Positions 26,102-35,123 of a DNA stretch of 64,000 bases are shown one piece after another. The stretch lies in the IMG/VR virus record IMGVR_UViG_3300037461_001289; one strand, written 5' to 3'. Position numbers and translations under genes: made by a program. The notes beneath the pieces were generated by a model. It worked only from the letters and a program-made list of their open reading frames with translations. It did no database searches and was not told the origin of the DNA. Positions within the stretch are counted from its first letter, which is position 1, and every line of letters begins with the position of its first letter. This DNA comes from a virus.

Positions 26102-27328
26102 CTAGCTCGCCGCCGCCGCGCGCAGCGCCTTGCGCAGCGCCGCGTCGAGGCCCTTCAGCTTGCCCTTGCGGAACGACTGCTCCAGCGCGGTGCTGGCGTC
26201 GTGCGCCGTGTCGTAGTCCTGCCCGCCGCCCATCAGCTTGTACTCGTGCAGCTCGTGCAGCGTGCACAGCTTGCGCTCGGGGTCGAACACCTCCTCGGCG
26301 ATCCAGACCTCGCGCGGCGGGATGAAATCTGGATAGACGCGGTGATGCCCGCCCATGGTCCAGTCCCCATACAGCTTGCGTACCTTGTGGCTGTCGACGA
26401 GGTAGACGCGCAACCGGCCGCTGCGGTGCAGCAGCTTGAGCCGCGGCGCCTTGAGCCCCTTCGCGCGCTTGGGCACCGCGACGGCCTCGAGGCGGTCGTA
26501 GTAGTGCGAATCTTCCTTGAGGTGGTCCTTGGCGATCTCCGCCGCCGCCTTCTTCACCGGCAGCTGCTTACGCGCGATCTTCTTGATCGTCGTCGCGTGC
26601 TCCAGCTCCTCGGCCGTGCCCTTGGCAAGCTGCGCGGGGTCGAAGCGGCGCTTACCGCCGCGGCGCCCAAGCACGACCTTATACGGGATCGTCGCGCGCG
26701 CCCAGCGCGCGAACGCTGCGCTCGACGGTTCGCGGTGCTCCTCAATGAAGTCACCGTTGTCATTCAGCACGACGACGTAGACCGGCGTCACACCGGTCGC
26801 GTCGCCATCATCGTGGACGATCTCGTAATAACGACCGTCATCGCCGTCGGCGATCCACGCCGACGTGCTGGCATCGTACGAAAAACCGAGCTTCATAAGC
26901 TGCTTAGCCGTCAACCGCGACTTGCTCATCACCACACCCCCACCACCGCGCGCACCGGACCCGCGACCGCCGCGCCGCTTACCGCCAAGTCGCCACGCCG
27001 CCGCGAGCGCCTCCGCGCGCGTCTGGAACGGCCCGCGCGTTAGGCCCGTCTCCCACTGGACAGCCCGGTAGCCGACGGTCTCGCTGCCGCTGATCTGCCA
27101 CCCGACGGGCGGTACCTGCCCCGGCTTGAGCCGCTCGACACCGGCGATGATCGAAGCGGCGTCGAACTTCATCCGCAGCGGCAGCTGCAGCTGCCGTGGC
27201 TTCCTCACAGGCCGACCAAGCGGCAGGGTGAGCTGCGTCGGCCGCTTCACACGTGGTTTGCCGCCGCGCGACCGTGTCTGCGCCCTGAGCACCTTGAGCG
27301 CCTTGTCGAGCCGGTCTTCAAAGCTCAT
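26102..27328 (-). CDS. Modular protein with DUF5661-like and zincin-like segments
   Basis: QLAKGTAEELEH...IAKDHLKEDSHYYDRL; C-terminal LHELHE...AHDAS; basic GGKRR linkers; SD GGGAG before ATG 27328. Confidence 0.6.
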   Translation of the reverse strand: MSFEDRLDKALKVLRAQTRSRGGKPRVKRPTQLTLPLGRPVRKPRQLQLPLRMKFDAASIIAGVERLKPGQVPPVGWQISGSETVGYRAVQWETGLTRGPFQTRAEALAAAWRLGGKRRGGRGSGARGGGGVVMSKSRLTAKQLMKLGFSYDASTSAWIADGDDGRYYEIVHDDGDATGVTPVYVVVLNDNGDFIEEHREPSSAAFARWARATIPYKVVLGRRGGKRRFDPAQLAKGTAEELEHATTIKKIARKQLPVKKAAAEIAKDHLKEDSHYYDRLEAVAVPKRAKGLKAPRLKLLHRSGRLRVYLVDSHKVRKLYGDWTMGGHHRVYPDFIPPREVWIAEEVFDPERKLCTLHELHEYKLMGGGQDYDTAHDASTALEQSFRKGKLKGLDAALRKALRAAAAS

Positions 27329-27338
27329 CGTCGTCTCC

Positions 27339-27488
27339 CTACCCAAACGGTCCCGGCGGCGGCAGCCCCGGCGTGATCCACATGAGGAGCAGGATGGCCA
27401 GCTTCTTCGGTGAGCCGCGCGGCTTGACCCGCGCCGGACCGACGAGCCGAATCACGTCACGCTCCAGCGCTTTGATCTTCGTCTTCAC
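27339..27488 (-). CDS. 49-aa hypothetical protein (not in ORF track)
   Basis: GTG start overlapping previous TGA; hydrophobic LAILLLMWI segment. Confidence 0.4.
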   Translation of the reverse strand: MKTKIKALERDVIRLVGPARVKPRGSPKKLAILLLMWITPGLPPPGPFG

Positions 27489-27694
27489 CGACGCGCCCGC
27501 GTTGCCTTTAGCGCCTCGGACTTCGTCCCAAACGGCCCCACGCGACTACCAGTTGGTGAATACGCGACCCAACCGCGACCGCGGCTGCCGACGATGTACC
27601 ACCCGCGCGACGGCAACTTGCCCGACCGACGCTTCTTAGTGGTCTCGAGTAACTGCTGCAGCTGCACCTCAAATTTCGTCCCGAAGTTGCTCAC
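27485..27694 (-). CDS. Small basic protein
   Basis: GTGA coupling; GWVAYSPTGSRVGPFGTKSEA. Confidence 0.5.
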   Translation of the reverse strand: MSNFGTKFEVQLQQLLETTKKRRSGKLPSRGWYIVGSRGRGWVAYSPTGSRVGPFGTKSEALKATRARR

Positions 27695-29319
27695 GCGAAC
27701 TCCTTGGCCCCCACTTCGTGATCGTCGCTGAACTTGTCGAGCACCGCGAGCGTGACGTTGGCCCAATCGAGCACCGTCGTCAGCCCCGGGTCCTTCTTCC
27801 AATCCTTGACCGACGGCTTCGCCTTGAGCCGCGCGTCGAGCAGCGGCAGCACCTCGACCCCGTACAGCAAGATCGCCAACGCTTGCAAGAAGTGTAACGA
27901 CTGCTGCGGTGGCACCATCGGCGCGGTGCCATAGGCGAACAACTCCTCACGCAGTAGCGCGGTCAACGCCTTCGCGAGTGGACCGTCGAGCGCCGCCTCG
28001 GTCAACCCGAGCTGCCCGAACACGCGGGCCTGATCACCCTTGGCGGCTTTGGCGACCTTGCGCACCTGCCCCAACCGCAGCGCCGCGACCTCTTCATTGG
28101 TCGCGTTGTTGAGCCACGTCGCGAACGCCTTGGCGTCCAGCTTGCCGACCGCGCCCATCAGCTGCCCCTGCGCCGCGTCGACCACCCCGGCCGCCGTGCC
28201 GCCGCTGAACGCGGTCACCAGCGCCTTGGTCACCCCGCGCTGGACCTGGCCCATGACGTCGAGCCACCGCGGCATCCCCTTGTAGACGAGGTTCGCCGTC
28301 CGCCCGTGCGCCGGCTTGTCCACGGCGCCGACCACGACCCGCGCCTCCGGCGCCACGACGAGCGCCAGGCGCCTGACGACCCGCCCGCCCTCGCGGTGCC
28401 ACCACCGCGCGTCAAGCTCGGCCTTGGCCAGCACCCGCCACTCGCCCTTGACGTGCGGGTCCATGAGGCGGACCTTGTCGCCCGCGAGCGCGGTCGCGAC
28501 GACCCAGTGCCCCGCCTTGCCCGGCTGCGTCCAGCTGTCGACCACGAGCAGCACCGGCAGGTCCCGCGCCAGGAACGGCGCGAGCGCGTCGACCCCGCGC
28601 ATCACGAAGACGCTGGCGTGGCAGCCCAGCGCCACCGCCGCCTTGACGAGCCCCGACGGCCGCACGCCCAGCACCGGCACGTTGCCGGCCAGCACCGCGA
28701 CCTCGTCCTCAGTGACCTCGATGCCGTGGTGCGCGAGCACCGCGCGCAGCGCCGCGGGGCCGCAGGTCCACGGCGTGCTCTGCGCTGTGCCGACCACCTG
28801 CCCGACCGCGACGTCGTCGCGCAGCGCCGCGTAGACATAGATGGCGCGGCCATCGACCTCAAACGACGGTGGGAGGATCTCACGGGCGCGCTTGGCCCGG
28901 AACGACGTGTGGAACAGGAAGGTCAGCGCGTCCGGCTCGTAGCGGTGCCCGGCCGGCGCCGCGTCGTTGCGCACGAGCAGGTTGGCCAGCGCCTCGATCT
29001 GCCGGGTGATGGCGAACGGCACGCCGCCGACCTCGGTCTCGGCGAGCACGCGCGTCTTGAGGTAGAGCATCTGCGCGCCCGTCTTGTACCCGCTCGGCAG
29101 CAGCTCCGCCGCGCGCTCCGCGCGGAACGGGGTATAGAAGCTGAACGTCGCATAGCGGCGCTTGGTCCGCGGATCGACCGTGTACGTGACCCCGACCGCC
29201 GCGAGGTCGTTGCGCGCGAGGCGGTCGGTGAAGAGGTCGATGGCCCGCTGCACGTCGGGCGGCACGGCCTCCGCCCCGATCTGCGCCCCGTGATACCGCT
29301 GCCGTCGCCGTCGTGACAT
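27691..29319 (-). CDS. Polyprotein-like protein with C39-family cysteine peptidase domain
   Basis: QSTPWTCGPAAL (Cys), GHWVV (His), LMDP (Asp); tandem ~80-aa duplication N-terminal to it; SD GGGAG. Confidence 0.75.
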   Translation of the reverse strand: MSRRRRQRYHGAQIGAEAVPPDVQRAIDLFTDRLARNDLAAVGVTYTVDPRTKRRYATFSFYTPFRAERAAELLPSGYKTGAQMLYLKTRVLAETEVGGVPFAITRQIEALANLLVRNDAAPAGHRYEPDALTFLFHTSFRAKRAREILPPSFEVDGRAIYVYAALRDDVAVGQVVGTAQSTPWTCGPAALRAVLAHHGIEVTEDEVAVLAGNVPVLGVRPSGLVKAAVALGCHASVFVMRGVDALAPFLARDLPVLLVVDSWTQPGKAGHWVVATALAGDKVRLMDPHVKGEWRVLAKAELDARWWHREGGRVVRRLALVVAPEARVVVGAVDKPAHGRTANLVYKGMPRWLDVMGQVQRGVTKALVTAFSGGTAAGVVDAAQGQLMGAVGKLDAKAFATWLNNATNEEVAALRLGQVRKVAKAAKGDQARVFGQLGLTEAALDGPLAKALTALLREELFAYGTAPMVPPQQSLHFLQALAILLYGVEVLPLLDARLKAKPSVKDWKKDPGLTTVLDWANVTLAVLDKFSDDHEVGAKEFA

Positions 29320-29327
29320 GGGTCTCC

Positions 29328-29927
29328 CTACTTGCCGAGGATGGCCGCGAGCTGCGCCTCGGTCACCCGATTCGGCCACCCCTTGATCTGGTAGCTGTAC
29401 GTCGCGCCGTCGGCCTTGACGTCCTCGACGAGCCCGCCCTGCCCGTTGCGGTACAGCACGATGCCGCGCGGGTACGCCGGCCCCGCCGGCTGCCCGATCT
29501 GCTCCGCGAGGAGCTGCTTCAGCTCGGCCTCGGGCTTGGTCACGGTGAAGTTGGGGATGAGCGCGCCCGCGTCGATCTCAACAGTTGACACCCACGCCCC
29601 GTTGAGCCACACGGTGCTCTTGATCACTGCCTTCTTGCCTGCGATCTCCGCCGCGAGCCCGACCGGGTAGCACGGCGCCGGCCGCTTCGCCGCCTCGACC
29701 TCGACCGCCTTGCGCTTCGTGATCTCCGCGTCGAGCTTCGCCTTCAGCGCCGCCTTCTTGGCCGCGTCCTTCTCGGCCGCGAACTCGGCCAGCGTCACCT
29801 TGAACGTCTCGTCACCTGCGCTCATCTCGGTCCTCCCTGTTTGGGACGACGCCTCGCGGCGGGTGGCGAACCAGTAGGCCGCGCCACACCCCGCCGCGAA
29901 GGCGCCGACTGTCAGCAACTTGCCCAT
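29328..29927 (-). CDS. N-anchored membrane protein with coiled coil
   Basis: MGKLLTVGAFAAGCGAAYWFAT. Confidence 0.6.
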   Translation of the reverse strand: MGKLLTVGAFAAGCGAAYWFATRREASSQTGRTEMSAGDETFKVTLAEFAAEKDAAKKAALKAKLDAEITKRKAVEVEAAKRPAPCYPVGLAAEIAGKKAVIKSTVWLNGAWVSTVEIDAGALIPNFTVTKPEAELKQLLAEQIGQPAGPAYPRGIVLYRNGQGGLVEDVKADGATYSYQIKGWPNRVTEAQLAAILGK

Positions 29928-29933
29928 GTCGAG

Positions 29934-30149
29934 CTACCGCCGGCCACGCCGACGGGTGCGCGCCGCCTTCTTCGCCGCGCGGACGCGGATGTTGTGCTTG
30001 CGCGCGCGGGTGCGCGCCGCCTTCTTGGCCGCGCGGACGCGCTTCGGCGCCTTGCGCTTGGCCTTGCTGCGCCGACGCTTCGGCTTCGCGCTATGCTTGG
30101 TGAGCTTCTCAGCCGCTGCGGTGATCTTCTCGAGGCTCGGCATCTCCAT
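29934..30149 (-). CDS. Protamine/H1-like basic DNA-condensing protein
   Basis: Very K/R/A rich; RVRAAKKAARTR repeated twice. Confidence 0.65.
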   Translation of the reverse strand: MEMPSLEKITAAAEKLTKHSAKPKRRRSKAKRKAPKRVRAAKKAARTRARKHNIRVRAAKKAARTRRRGRR

Positions 30150-30161
30150 GACACGTCTCCT

Positions 30162-30587
30162 TTACTTGCTATACAGACTGGTCTCAGCCACCGTCACCGG
30201 CTGGCCACTCACGACCAAGTCCGTCAGGTAGCCCCATGAACCCTTTTCCGGCAGCGGCGTGACGATCCCACCCGCGCCGTACGCCACTGGCTCGTAGTAG
30301 ATCATCTCCTTGACCGTCACCGTCTTGCCCTCGACCGCAATATCGGGCGTCACGCCCGGCTCCTCCGGGTTGCGGATGATGACCTGCTGCCCCGGCTTGT
30401 ACTTCGGCCGCGGGTCCAACTCGGCCGGCGGCACCGCCACGCCCGACCACTTCGGGCGCACGCCCCGCCGCACCTTGACCGACGTCGTCACGATGCCGCG
30501 CACCGCCGGCTGTGCCGTGGCCCGCGCCGCCCAGGCGAGCGCTACCAGACCCCCGAGCGCGCCGACGATGAATGGACCCTTGCCCAT
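30162..30587 (-). CDS. N-anchored membrane protein
   Basis: MGKGPFIVGALGGLVALAWAAR. Confidence 0.6.
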   Translation of the reverse strand: MGKGPFIVGALGGLVALAWAARATAQPAVRGIVTTSVKVRRGVRPKWSGVAVPPAELDPRPKYKPGQQVIIRNPEEPGVTPDIAVEGKTVTVKEMIYYEPVAYGAGGIVTPLPEKGSWGYLTDLVVSGQPVTVAETSLYSK

Positions 30588-30590
30588 GGC

Positions 30591-31487
30591 TCACCCCTGA
30601 TACGTGATGGCGTTCTCGCCCTGGATGCCGTCGTCAGGGAACGACTCGTCGCCAGAAAACGCCGCCGCCAACTCCTCGTCGCCGTAGTAGTCACCTTGAT
30701 CGAGGTAGCTCTCGCTGTAGTACGCGCCGCCGTACGGGTTCTGGTAGCCCTGCGGCAGCCCGTAGCCGTACGGCTGGCCCGCCTGCATCCCGTAGGGGTA
30801 GCCCGGCTGACCGTAGACCGGCTGGCCCATCGGCGCCACCGGAGCGTAGCCCTGGAGCTGCATCTGCTGCATGGTCTGTGCGAACTGCTGGCGGTTCTGT
30901 GCCGGCACCCGCTGCATCGCCTGCGCGACGTTCTGCTGCGTCACCGGGCGCTGCCCCGACGGCTTACGCTGCTGCGGCTGCCCCGGCTTACGCTGCTGCC
31001 CCGGCCGGCGCTTGGCCTGCTGGCTCTTCTGGAACGCCCGCGCCTCGGCCTCGCTGTTGAACGACTTCTTGGTGCCATCAGGCAGCTTCACGACGTACTT
31101 CTTCTTACCAACGACCGCCGCGATCACGCCCAGCTCGGCCTTGGCCTCGTTGCGCGCGTCGTTGATCGTCGTCAACATGTCGTGTGCGCTCTGCTTGGCC
31201 TTGTCGCCGGCCTTGGCCGCGTCCGCGATCTGCTTGATCTGCGCGACGGCCTCGGGGCTGCCGGCCTTGCCGGCCTCGACGAGCTGGATCCCCTTCTCGA
31301 GCGCGTCGCCCGCGCCGGGAACGTAGGCGTTGACCGCCTCCTTGAGCGCGCCACTCTTCGCCGCGCCGGTGAAGACCGCCTTGATCCCGCGGCCGATCTT
31401 CTTCCAGAAGCTGCCCCACGACCCGACCAGCACCTCATCGATGCCACCGAACTCCACGTCTGCCTCTGCCTTGGTGTACGCGGTCAT
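30591..31487 (-). CDS. Putative virion protein with Gln/Pro/Tyr low-complexity region and acidic tail
   Basis: ADVEFGG N-terminal motif, helical AG(D/S) module, PGQ repeats. Confidence 0.6.
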   Translation of the reverse strand: MTAYTKAEADVEFGGIDEVLVGSWGSFWKKIGRGIKAVFTGAAKSGALKEAVNAYVPGAGDALEKGIQLVEAGKAGSPEAVAQIKQIADAAKAGDKAKQSAHDMLTTINDARNEAKAELGVIAAVVGKKKYVVKLPDGTKKSFNSEAEARAFQKSQQAKRRPGQQRKPGQPQQRKPSGQRPVTQQNVAQAMQRVPAQNRQQFAQTMQQMQLQGYAPVAPMGQPVYGQPGYPYGMQAGQPYGYGLPQGYQNPYGGAYYSESYLDQGDYYGDEELAAAFSGDESFPDDGIQGENAITYQG

Positions 31488-31493
31488 TTCCCT

Positions 31494-31760
31494 TTACCTC
31501 GTGAGTTCGTGCTCGCCGAGCACGACGGCGTTGCCGCTAGGAAAGCGCACGCCGTAGCGACAACCGCTCGGCGCAGTAGCGAGACATTCCACCTTGCCCC
31601 ACCGCCGCTGCGGCAGGCTGAAGACGTAGTCCCCCTGATAGTGGCCCGGCGGCCGCTGCGGTGCCGCCCCGACCTTGGCCGCCAGCTGCTTGGTCGCCCG
31701 CCGCGCGCCGAGCACGTAGGCCCCGGCGAGCAGTCCGAAGAGGATGCAGAAGAGGGGCAT
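31494..31760 (-). CDS. Small N-anchored membrane protein
   Basis: MPLFCILFGLLAGAYVLG. Confidence 0.55.
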   Translation of the reverse strand: MPLFCILFGLLAGAYVLGARRATKQLAAKVGAAPQRPPGHYQGDYVFSLPQRRWGKVECLATAPSGCRYGVRFPSGNAVVLGEHELTR

Positions 31761-31764
31761 CGGC

Positions 31765-32157
31765 CTAGCCCTTCAGCGCATCACGATACGCCGACGCCGC
31801 CGCGATGAGCCGCGCGCCACTGCCGCCAGCTGCCCGCCGACGCCGCTTGCCACCAAGAGGGTAGCCCTCAGGCGCATGCCCGCCAGTCTTGTTCTTGGTC
31901 AGCGTCTCGTGCGCGGCCTTCCAACAGACATACTTCATCGCGTCGCGCACGATCTGCGGGACCTTGCGATAGTCGATCTCAGTCCGGTCGTCGGCAAGGA
32001 ACAACGGCTGACTGTCAAGCATCTCACCAACCTCGCTCAGCTTGAACGTATACTCGCCGAGCTCGTCGGATTCCGCCGCCATCTCCACGAAGTACTCACC
32101 TGCGTGCTGCGCCTGCTGTACGAGTACTACCAGATCCTCTGAGGTCAAGGTCGTCAT
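31765..32157 (-). CDS. Acidic protein with basic GGKRRRR tail
   Basis: SD AGGGAG before ATG 32157. Confidence 0.55.
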   Translation of the reverse strand: MTTLTSEDLVVLVQQAQHAGEYFVEMAAESDELGEYTFKLSEVGEMLDSQPLFLADDRTEIDYRKVPQIVRDAMKYVCWKAAHETLTKNKTGGHAPEGYPLGGKRRRRAAGGSGARLIAAASAYRDALKG

Positions 32158-32167
32158 CGCTATCTCC

Positions 32168-32833
32168 CTATGCCTTCGGTGGCTCAGCCGGCGGCTCGAG
32201 CGGCTCGGGCGGCTTCGGCGGCTCAACCGGCGGCCCCGCGGCCTGGCCCGGCCACTTCAGCGTGCCGAATGAGTTGTGCGGCTGCGTCACCGAAGTGCGC
32301 TCGAGGACCGCCTCGAGGAAGCCGGCGAGCCCGTCGCGCACGCCCTTCTTTTTCAGCGCAGTGATGAGCGACGGCAGCACGATGACGAACACCAGGTAAC
32401 GCCAGTTGTCGCGCAGCCACGCACGCCACGTCGCCGACGGCGCGGGCTGCGAGGCCGGGGCGACCACGACCGGCGCCACCGGGGCGGCCGGGGCGACGAC
32501 AACAACCGGAGCGACCGGAGCGACCGGGGCGGAGGCTGGCGCGCTCGCCGGGGCCGCCACGACCTTCGCGGGCGTCAGCAGCGCCGCGTGCGCCAGCGCC
32601 TTTGTCGACGCGACCACCTTGACCGTCGCCTTCGCCGGCATCACCTTCACCGGCGCCGCCTTCGCGGCCTTCGCCACCTTCAGCACCCTCGCCGGCTGCG
32701 AGGCAGGCCGCGACGCCTGCCCGTGCGCCGTCAGCGACCACACGAGCAGACAGACGAACACGAACCCACTGATCACGACCGCGCTGGTGATCGCAGCCCA
32801 CGCATCAATTCCCTGGATCTTGCGCATCGTCAT
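32168..32833 (-). CDS. Two-TM membrane protein with Ala/Pro/Lys-rich linker
   Basis: Hydrophobic segments near residues 12-33 and 145-160. Confidence 0.6.
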   Translation of the reverse strand: MTMRKIQGIDAWAAITSAVVISGFVFVCLLVWSLTAHGQASRPASQPARVLKVAKAAKAAPVKVMPAKATVKVVASTKALAHAALLTPAKVVAAPASAPASAPVAPVAPVVVVAPAAPVAPVVVAPASQPAPSATWRAWLRDNWRYLVFVIVLPSLITALKKKGVRDGLAGFLEAVLERTSVTQPHNSFGTLKWPGQAAGPPVEPPKPPEPLEPPAEPPKA

Positions 32834-32839
32834 CGCCTC

Positions 32840-33178
32840 CTAGCGGCACCCGCCGATGGGCGTCGGTGTTCCTGAGTCATCGTTTGGCGGCACCTTGAAT
32901 CGACCTGACTGCTCGCGCCGCTCCTGGCACCGTGCCTCAACCGCCTGGAGGCGGCCGTCGACCTCGCCGACGTGCTCGACCAACCCGTCGATCCGCGTCC
33001 CGAGGTCGGCGTGCTCCTGCCGGTCGAGCCGGCACTCCTCGGCGAGCACCACGAGGTTCAACTTGAACTCGGCCATGCGGCTCCCGAGCCGCCACACCGC
33101 GCCGATGCCGGCGATCAGCGCCGCCGACACGATGCTGGCGATGGCGACGAGGATGGCGAGGGCTGCGGTGTTCATCAC
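32840..33178 (-). CDS. TM plus coiled-coil protein (holin/spanin-like topology)
   Basis: Hydrophobic N-terminus followed by heptads. Confidence 0.55.
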   Translation of the reverse strand: MMNTAALAILVAIASIVSAALIAGIGAVWRLGSRMAEFKLNLVVLAEECRLDRQEHADLGTRIDGLVEHVGEVDGRLQAVEARCQERREQSGRFKVPPNDDSGTPTPIGGCR

Positions 33179-33987
33179 GCACCCGCCTTGAGCGACTGCT
33201 CAACTGCCAACCACAGCGGAACGCGAGCAGCAACATGGAGCGCAACGCCGAGCGCGGCAGCGGCTTGCGCCGGCTTCTTCGTTGCAAGCGCCGACGCCTT
33301 GACCACGGCCTCGAAGGTGCCCGGGGTCTTGGTCAGCCCGCTCGATAGGTTGGGGCCGCCCTGGTTGTGGCCGAAGTAGACCGCCGCCCACAGGGCCGGG
33401 CCGACAAGCGCTGCCTTGCTCGCCCGCGAATAGAAGGCGCGCCACTCCGGCATCATCTTCTGGAGTGACTTCAGCGGATCGAAGCGCTCAGCCAGCGACA
33501 GATCACGCGGGTACTTGCGGATGATCTGACACAGCCCGGCGGCCCACGCATTCGGCTGACCGTTCGTGCCGTCCGGCAGCGGCTGCCCCGCGCGCCAGTA
33601 GCCGACCTTCTTCGGTGGCGTACCAACACCGTTGGGGTAGTAGTTGTATATCCCCGCGTCCCCGCCGCTCTCGATCTCGACCATCGCCGCCGCGAGCGCC
33701 CACGGGAATGACCCGCATGTCTGCTTGATCAGCGCAGCGACGTTGTACGTGCGGAAGTTCTGTAGCACCTCGTCGGCGATCCCCATGCGCGCCACCCTCA
33801 CGGCGACCTTGCGCGCCGCCTCGTCAACCACTTGCACCAACGTCGGCGGCGGGGTCGTCATCATCTTGCCCGCCGTGTCGTAAACCGACTCGACGACGCC
33901 CTCGAGCACGCCACGCCCCCGCGTCGCCAGGTACAGCGCGCCCGCGCCGACCGCCAGCCCCCCGCCGATGAGCAAGCCGCGATTCAT
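33175..33987 (-). CDS. Membrane-anchored lytic transglycosylase-like protein
   Basis: N-terminal Gly-rich TM; LAAAMVEIESGG, GLCQI, YFGHNQG. Confidence 0.7.
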   Translation of the reverse strand: MNRGLLIGGGLAVGAGALYLATRGRGVLEGVVESVYDTAGKMMTTPPPTLVQVVDEAARKVAVRVARMGIADEVLQNFRTYNVAALIKQTCGSFPWALAAAMVEIESGGDAGIYNYYPNGVGTPPKKVGYWRAGQPLPDGTNGQPNAWAAGLCQIIRKYPRDLSLAERFDPLKSLQKMMPEWRAFYSRASKAALVGPALWAAVYFGHNQGGPNLSSGLTKTPGTFEAVVKASALATKKPAQAAAALGVALHVAARVPLWLAVEQSLKAGA

Positions 33988-34514
33988 GCGATCCCGTTGG
34001 CCTGGCGCAGCGCCGCGATGTTGAACGCCACGTCACGCCGGTACGCGGAGTCGCCGTTGTACAGCAGGATCGCCTTCGTCCAATCGCCGTCGACCTTCTT
34101 GAGCAGCTCGACGAGCAGCTTGGCCGCCATCCGCGCCTGCGCGCGCACGTCAAACAGCTTCGTCAGCGGCACGCCGGCCTTGAACGCCTTGCCGCTGCCG
34201 ACGAGGTGGTACGGATTGAGTTGCATAAACCCAAACGGCCGCCACTGCTCGGCGGTGAACATCTCGCCCCACGTCATGCTCGATCCGGGGATCCGCTTGT
34301 CCTTGTTGCGCGCGTAGCTGTTCGCGTACGTCTTGTTGTTGCCCCCGTGCTTCTTGCCGGTTGACAACACGGTGAACTGCGTCTCACGCCGCCCGATGCC
34401 GTAGAGCACCTCGGGCGGGATGCCGTACTCCTTCGACGCCTCGTCAATCGCCTTGCGGATGTCCGCGGGCGGCTCTTTCCAATCGGCGGGGAACACAACG
34501 ATGGCGGGGAACAT
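33984..34514 (-). CDS. SLT-family lytic transglycosylase
   Basis: SKEYGIPPEVLYGIGRRET, FGFMQL, AAKLL, WTKAILLYNG. Confidence 0.8.
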   Translation of the reverse strand: MFPAIVVFPADWKEPPADIRKAIDEASKEYGIPPEVLYGIGRRETQFTVLSTGKKHGGNNKTYANSYARNKDKRIPGSSMTWGEMFTAEQWRPFGFMQLNPYHLVGSGKAFKAGVPLTKLFDVRAQARMAAKLLVELLKKVDGDWTKAILLYNGDSAYRRDVAFNIAALRQANGIA

Positions 34515-34517
34515 GCG

Positions 34518-35120
34518 TTACCTCCTCAGTGCCAACAGCGCCACGACCGCGGCCCCCGCCAACACGACCCCGCCGGTCAACCCGATCCCGCTGAGAAACC
34601 CACCGGCCAGCGCGCCAGCCCCAGCGCCCGCCGCGCGCACTACCTTGCCCGCTGCCTCGCCGAGCGTCTTGGGCAGCTCGACGATGGCATCGCTCACCGC
34701 GGTCCACGCCTGCTCGGCCTTGTCAAGCAACGTCACCCACTGATCGGTGACCGCGACGTCGGTGCCGATCATGAGCAGGCGCTGCGCCGCGCCCTTGATC
34801 TGCCCGTACAGCTCCGGCTCGACCGGCCGCGCGCCGTAGGTGGGCAGGCGCGTGTCCAGCTCGTACAGGATGCGCCCTGCGACCGCCTTGTCGTCCGCGG
34901 TGATCGTCGGGCCGGTCAGGTAGCCCGCACCGCTGAAGGAGCCCTTCTTCGCACCGTCCGCCATCTTCCCCACCGCGACCGCGAGCGGGCGCAGCGCCTC
35001 GAGCGCCTGGCGCAGCTTGTCGGCGCGCACGCCCTGCCCCGGACCAGGCTTCGGGAAGGCGTTGGTGAACTTCACCGCGCGGTCGAGCGCGCGCTGCGCC
35101 AGCTCTTGAACGGTCGCCAT
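34518..35120 (-). CDS. C-anchored membrane protein
   Basis: C-terminal GLTGGVVLAGAAVVALLALRR. Confidence 0.6.
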   Translation of the reverse strand: MATVQELAQRALDRAVKFTNAFPKPGPGQGVRADKLRQALEALRPLAVAVGKMADGAKKGSFSGAGYLTGPTITADDKAVAGRILYELDTRLPTYGARPVEPELYGQIKGAAQRLLMIGTDVAVTDQWVTLLDKAEQAWTAVSDAIVELPKTLGEAAGKVVRAAGAGAGALAGGFLSGIGLTGGVVLAGAAVVALLALRR

Positions 35121-35123
35121 CGG

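Noticed and set aside
24548-27043. 831-aa + strand ORF (also 39504-41309, 35106-36329 and similar)
   Set aside because: Antisense shadows of well-supported - strand genes; Arg-rich nonsense typical of high-GC DNA.
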